A stretch of DNA of 22,776 nucleotides from Promethearchaeota archaeon (lineage in GTDB: Archaea > Asgardarchaeota > Lokiarchaeia > Sigyniarchaeales > SOKP01). The translations under genes were made by a program, and so were the position numbers. Shown here one piece after another: positions 19,456 to 22,776 of this stretch (position 1 is its first letter; each line of letters opens with the position of its first letter). Under the pieces are notes generated by a model. The model was not told the DNA's origin. It saw nothing but the letters and a program-made list of their open reading frames with translations, and did no database searches. The stretch is taken from assembly GCA_016840085.1 (NCBI GenBank), contig JAEOTA010000061.1, positions 1-22,776 of the forward strand, read 5' to 3'.

Positions 19456-19475
19456 ATATGAATAGAGAGATTAAA
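19311..19475 (+). ncRNA. Putative orphan omegaRNA (scaffold to 19455, followed by predicted guide)
   Basis: Conserved hairpins lie at 19339-19360 and 19402-19425. ATAACCTT (19346-19353) is perfectly complementary to AAGGTTAT (19444-19451). The 5' end is uncertain and expression is unknown. Confidence 0.45.
19429..19436 (+). promoter_or_regulatory. Candidate archaeal TATA box for the MNT-HEPN operon
   Basis: TTTATAAA is centred ~26 nt upstream of ATG 19458, the spacing expected for a leaderless archaeal transcript. It lies inside the mobile-element remnant. Confidence 0.5.
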
Positions 19476-19841
19476 CAATTAACTGAAAAATTTTTGGAGC
19501 AATTAAGACATACAAAATATTTTCCTAAAACAGAATTTGCTATTTTGTATGGGTCTTCTCTGGGCAATTATCATTTAGAAAAAAGTGATATAGATATATG
19601 TTTATTCATTGATGCTGAGAAGGAAGATCTTTCAAAAATACGATTAGAATTGTTGAAAAAATTTAATGATAGATTAGATATTCAAATTTTTCAATTACTC
19701 CCATTATATGTTCAGACTGAGGTATTAAAAGGTAAAGTACTTTATGTGAGGAATGAAGAAAGGTTATATGAAATTGCTAACAAGACTATTGAAGAGTATG
19801 AAGAATTTTATCCATTTTATTTGGACTATATCAATCGGTGA
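19458..19841 (+). CDS. MNT nucleotidyltransferase antitoxin (MntA-like)
   Basis: It has the GS-x10-DxD motif (LYGSSLGNYHLEKSDIDI), LDIQIFQLLPLY and a GTGA overlap with the HEPN gene. Confidence 0.9.
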   Translation: MNREIKQLTEKFLEQLRHTKYFPKTEFAILYGSSLGNYHLEKSDIDICLFIDAEKEDLSKIRLELLKKFNDRLDIQIFQLLPLYVQTEVLKGKVLYVRNEERLYEIANKTIEEYEEFYPFYLDYINR

Positions 19842-20284
19842 GTATTTTAAGAATTGATATAATTAAAACAAAACTGAAAATTATTGAAGAAAATATTGAG
19901 TTAGTAGAAGAAAACCTTCCTAATGCTGTAAATGAATTTAAAGGTTTAGGATTAGTTAAGGATGGTATTTATAAAAGAATTGAGACATCAATTCAAGAAG
20001 TTTTGAATATTTGTTCAATAATTAATTCGGATTTAAAACTAGGTATTCCCTCTAATAGAGATGATATCATTATCACATTAACAGAGAATAATATTTTATC
20101 ACAAAAAATGGGTGAAAAAGTTAAAGAGATGAAGGGATTTAGAAATTTTTTAGTGCACCGTTATGGAAAAATTAATGATGACGTTGCATTTAAAGATATT
20201 AAAAAAGGTTTAACTGATTTCGAATTATTTAAGAAAGAAATTCTTAATTTCTTAAAAAAATCTACAGAGATTCCAGATGACTAA
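19838..20284 (+). CDS. HEPN/DUF86 ribonuclease toxin (HepT-like)
   Basis: The R-x4-H-x-Y motif is intact (GFRNFLVHRYG), and the gene is coupled to the MNT gene. Confidence 0.92.
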   Translation: MSILRIDIIKTKLKIIEENIELVEENLPNAVNEFKGLGLVKDGIYKRIETSIQEVLNICSIINSDLKLGIPSNRDDIIITLTENNILSQKMGEKVKEMKGFRNFLVHRYGKINDDVAFKDIKKGLTDFELFKKEILNFLKKSTEIPDD

Positions 20285-20550
20285 AAGCATAAAACCTATT
20301 TAGAGGGTGTTAATTAATGATTCTGGAAATTTCTTATACTAATTAAATTCTTTAAAAATATAGAATAGTTGTACAGGATATTTTTAAAATGGAAATTTCA
20401 TTATTTAGCACGATGATTTCACTAAAAATTGCATATGAAGTTATTACTTTTATTTATTGAAAGTCTTCTACTAAAACGCAATATATATAATATCGTGTTA
20501 TATTATTCTTATGGCGGAAATCGATTTTTTTTTAACCTTTCTTATTATAT

Positions 20551-20757
20551 GAAAAGAAAGAGAAGAAAAGAAATAGTATTACAACCATTATTGATATTAT
20601 CTGTCTTGCGTATGAAAATATGTGTGATATAGTTGTGTTGGTATCTGAAGACAGTGATTTTGTGTCTATCGTAAAAAGAATGAAAGAATTGGATAAAATT
20701 GTGGAAATATGAGCATTTAGATATTCATTAACGAATGCCTTAAAGGAAGAATTCTAG
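20551..20757 (+). pseudogene. NYN (LabA/DUF88) domain remnant
   Basis: The frame reads EKKEKKRNSITTIIDIICLAYENMCDIVVLVSEDSDFVSIVKRMKELDKIVEI*AFRYSLTNALKEEF*. This matches the NYN pattern 'D..VLVSGDxDF..V...KE.GK.VE'. There is an internal TGA at 20710 and the 5' part is decayed. Confidence 0.78.
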
Positions 20758-20759
20758 CA

Positions 20760-22354
20760 AGAAAAACCATAACCAGTTTTTCTATAAATACTTAAAATTA
20801 GAGAGATTACTAGATGAAGCAAACCATCAAATTTCGATTGCATCCGACGGCTTCACAAGAACAGAAATTACATGAAATTTTCACTATCTATAATAAAATA
20901 AAGCGAATAGGATTTAATCGTTATTTTGAGTTAAGACATACCGATTTCACTAAGAATGAAAAACGATTATTTGTTCAACATCATTTGATGGAACTCTGCC
21001 ATAATAATCCTTATGTTAATAGTGTCCTCATAGATTGTGAGACTAAGTTAGCCCAGCAACACACATGGTATGACAAACGTGAGAAGTATTTAAAACATCA
21101 AATTATTACAATTAAGAAGAAGATTAAACAGGTAAGGGAAAAAAGCAAGAAAGATAGACGTTTAAAAGGGTTATATTCACGTCTGTCATCAGTTCAGAAT
21201 AACTTATTTGCGTTGCGATTTAAACCAATTGTATTTGGAACAAAACGGTTATTTCGGGAGCGAATTTTAGGCAAAATTAGCAGAGATGAGTTTAGAATTA
21301 GGAGAGACTCTTCATTTTGCTGTGTGGGAAAGAAACAAGGAGTGAATTTAAACTTGAAAATTCTCCCCGACATGACACTTAAAGTTCGTACCTTTTCTAA
21401 AGAAAAAGCTCAGAGGTGGTTGCTCATCCCTTTTATCGTAAATTACAAGCAAGAACAATGGTTTGAGGAAATACTCGATTTGGAATTATATACTGTGTCT
21501 GTAGTGAGACGTTTAATTAAAGGAAACTTAAGATATTTTGCTCATGTTTCATATGAGATTCCTGAAGAAGAACTCAAGTATGGTTTTAAAAATGGAGCTG
21601 TCGGGCTTGATATGAATTATAATTTTGTTTCTCTCTGTAATGTCGATAAAGTGGGTAATTTCAAGAGTTTTCATGAAATTAAATTTAGAAACTTGCATTC
21701 TTATCGTAAATACAAGAGTACTGATTATATAAGTTATAAGATGGATAAAGTAGTTAATTATTGCATCAATAAAAAAAAAGGGTTAGTGATTGAAGATCTT
21801 TCTTTTGAACAAGAATTCTCATATGGAAGAAGACGCAATAGAAAATTAAGTAATTTTAAAACTTCCGCATTAATTTTATTAGAAAGAAAATGCTTAAAAA
21901 GAGGTGTCGCTGTTAGAAAAGTACATCCTGCCTATACCTCTTTAATTGGCAAGTATAAATATTTACGCTCACGTAATTTATCTACTCACATATTAGCAAG
22001 TTACGTGATTGCTCGAAAAGGTCTGGGATTTAAGGATGCGATTCCAACCATTTATAAGTGGTTACTTGCACAAGTCGGGGACGTTATAAAGCCCCGTTTG
22101 AAACCAAGCACTCCCTACTATAACTGGGCTAAACTCCACGATTTTTTCAAGCATAGCGGGATAACGTCCTTCAAGACTTCCGAAGTAATGAAAAAAACCT
22201 TACGAATGAAGTATGTCTTGAACTTGGTGACGAGCGAACAGCCTGATAACCTTAGGGTTGGTCTTTCCCCCACAGGAAAGGTTGATGATTGGAATAAATT
22301 TTGGAATTTTATAGAAATTACCAATTTTTTATAAATAATTAGAAGGTTCTGTTA
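20760..22354 (+). mobile_element. Non-autonomous tnpB-only element (IS1341-like organisation)
   Basis: No transposase is adjacent. The right boundary is fixed by the point where similarity to the remnant stops (GTTA at 22354). The left boundary is approximate, at the hairpin AGAAAAAC-N8-GTTTTTCT (20760-20783). Confidence 0.6.
20814..22334 (+). CDS. tnpB: TnpB-related RuvC protein (IS200/IS605-IS607 accessory protein)
   Basis: The N-terminus TIKFRLHPTASQEQKL is an OrfB-type start. RuvC-I is AVGLDMN and RuvC-II is LVIEDL, followed by VRKVHPAYTS and THILASYVIARKGLG. There is no CxxC zinc finger and there is a ~100-aa C-terminal tail. Confidence 0.88.
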   Translation: MKQTIKFRLHPTASQEQKLHEIFTIYNKIKRIGFNRYFELRHTDFTKNEKRLFVQHHLMELCHNNPYVNSVLIDCETKLAQQHTWYDKREKYLKHQIITIKKKIKQVREKSKKDRRLKGLYSRLSSVQNNLFALRFKPIVFGTKRLFRERILGKISRDEFRIRRDSSFCCVGKKQGVNLNLKILPDMTLKVRTFSKEKAQRWLLIPFIVNYKQEQWFEEILDLELYTVSVVRRLIKGNLRYFAHVSYEIPEEELKYGFKNGAVGLDMNYNFVSLCNVDKVGNFKSFHEIKFRNLHSYRKYKSTDYISYKMDKVVNYCINKKKGLVIEDLSFEQEFSYGRRRNRKLSNFKTSALILLERKCLKRGVAVRKVHPAYTSLIGKYKYLRSRNLSTHILASYVIARKGLGFKDAIPTIYKWLLAQVGDVIKPRLKPSTPYYNWAKLHDFFKHSGITSFKTSEVMKKTLRMKYVLNLVTSEQPDNLRVGLSPTGKVDDWNKFWNFIEITNFL

Positions 22355-22374
22355 CCACTACATATATTATTATA
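22211..22374 (+). ncRNA. Putative omegaRNA overlapping the tnpB 3' end (scaffold to 22354, predicted guide CCACTACATATATTATTATA)
   Basis: TnpB omegaRNAs are known to overlap the gene's 3' end. Hairpins at 22239-22260 and 22301-22324 are conserved in the remnant. AACCTT (22248-22253) is complementary to AAGGTT (22343-22348). Confidence 0.6.
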
Positions 22375-22420
22375 AAAAAACCTGGAACAGTAAAATATGG
22401 CCCAAGAATTATTTGTAAAC

Positions 22421-22774
22421 TTAATTTGAACTTAGATAATTCTTGCAGAATTCTTCTGATGTGCAAATTTTTATAATGTTCTTTCCTCGATTAAATTTTC
22501 CATCATTAGTGATTAAGAATGACACTTTCTCATGTAAAGAAGCTGCGACAATAATGCTATCGGGTAATCTAAGATTTGTTTCACTTCGAATTTTTGCCGA
22601 TTGATCAGCTAATCTCCTATCCAAATTAACGATTATGTAATTATCTTGCGAATATAACTTCGAAATATATTCATCTTTCTCTTTAGGTTTGTGTATATTA
22701 TAGTAACCTACGCATAGTTCTGCAATTGTAATAATCGAAATAACTCCTTTTAATTGCCCGTCTTCAATCGCATC
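22421..22774 (-). CDS. VapC/PIN-domain toxin (5' end outside window)
   Basis: The frame is open to the window edge: DAIEDGQLKGVISIITIAELCVG...LRLPDSIIVAASL...LITNDGKF. Confidence 0.88.
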   Translation of the reverse strand, partial: DAIEDGQLKGVISIITIAELCVGYYNIHKPKEKDEYISKLYSQDNYIIVNLDRRLADQSAKIRSETNLRLPDSIIVAASLHEKVSFLITNDGKFNRGKNIIKICTSEEFCKNYLSSN

Positions 22775-22776
22775 TA

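Noticed and set aside
20429-20632. 67-aa ORF from the track
   Set aside because: It is out of frame with the recognisable NYN remnant and has no motif of its own.
1082-20757. Stop-codon recoding (pyrrolysine/selenocysteine or alternative code) as an explanation for the in-frame stops
   Set aside because: The stops are of all three types and are accompanied by frameshifts and truncations. Intact genes terminate normally with TAA, TAG and TGA.
20799-20809. TAGAGAGATTA just upstream of the tnpB ATG matches nt 8-18 of the orphan guide (19463-19473), hinting at autoregulation
   Set aside because: Only 11 nt match, and the scaffold-proximal 7 nt (expected seed) match at only 3 positions. A similar TAGAGAGAT occurs at ~6893, so chance is sufficient.
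1816-22324. Short ORF-track entries overlapping real genes (1816, 3598, 5052, 6593, 8418, 12308, 13207, 14471, 14721, 15423, 15676, 17979, 18254, 22118)
   Set aside because: They are antisense or alternate-frame shadows of well-supported CDSs and have no recognisable motifs.
22355-22374. Search for an in-window target of the intact element's predicted guide
   Set aside because: Only 10-11 nt AT-only partial matches were found by eye (e.g. ~4860, ~7838). These are not meaningful.
18696-22420. Possible CRISPR array making the RuvC protein a Cas12f/Cas14 effector
   Set aside because: No repeat-spacer array or cas1/cas2/cas4 gene is visible in the window.

Overview
An AT-rich, archaeal-looking accessory region. 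The TATA-like boxes sitting close to start codons, the F420-type LLM oxidoreductase, the ACD alpha subunit and the many PIN/MNT/HEPN modules suggest an Asgard (Lokiarchaeia-like) genome, but that is inference. The middle (1.8-18.7 kb) holds scattered metabolic and detoxification genes: an OYE-type flavin oxidoreductase, a SAM methyltransferase, a VOC protein, a flavodoxin pair, three MBL-fold ORFs (one a truncated paralog of another), a C45 peptidase, an acyl-CoA ligase alpha subunit, an enoyl-CoA hydratase, a MaoC hydratase, a GNAT and an LLM oxidoreductase. Toxin-antitoxin modules and several unannotated pseudogenes (HEPN, DUF4258, O-methyltransferase, NYN) are concentrated towards both ends. 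The most notable feature is a stand-alone 506-aa TnpB-like RuvC protein (20814-22334). About 2.9 kb upstream (~19130-19455) lies an unannotated, decayed relative of its 3' end. Comparing the two copies shows a conserved structured element: two hairpins, one compensatory base pair, a loop-to-3'-end pseudoknot and a sharp shared boundary. This looks like an omegaRNA scaffold. The orphan copy ends 2 nt before the ATG of an intact MNT-HEPN toxin-antitoxin operon, so it could supply that operon's promoter and/or a guide made from the antitoxin gene start.
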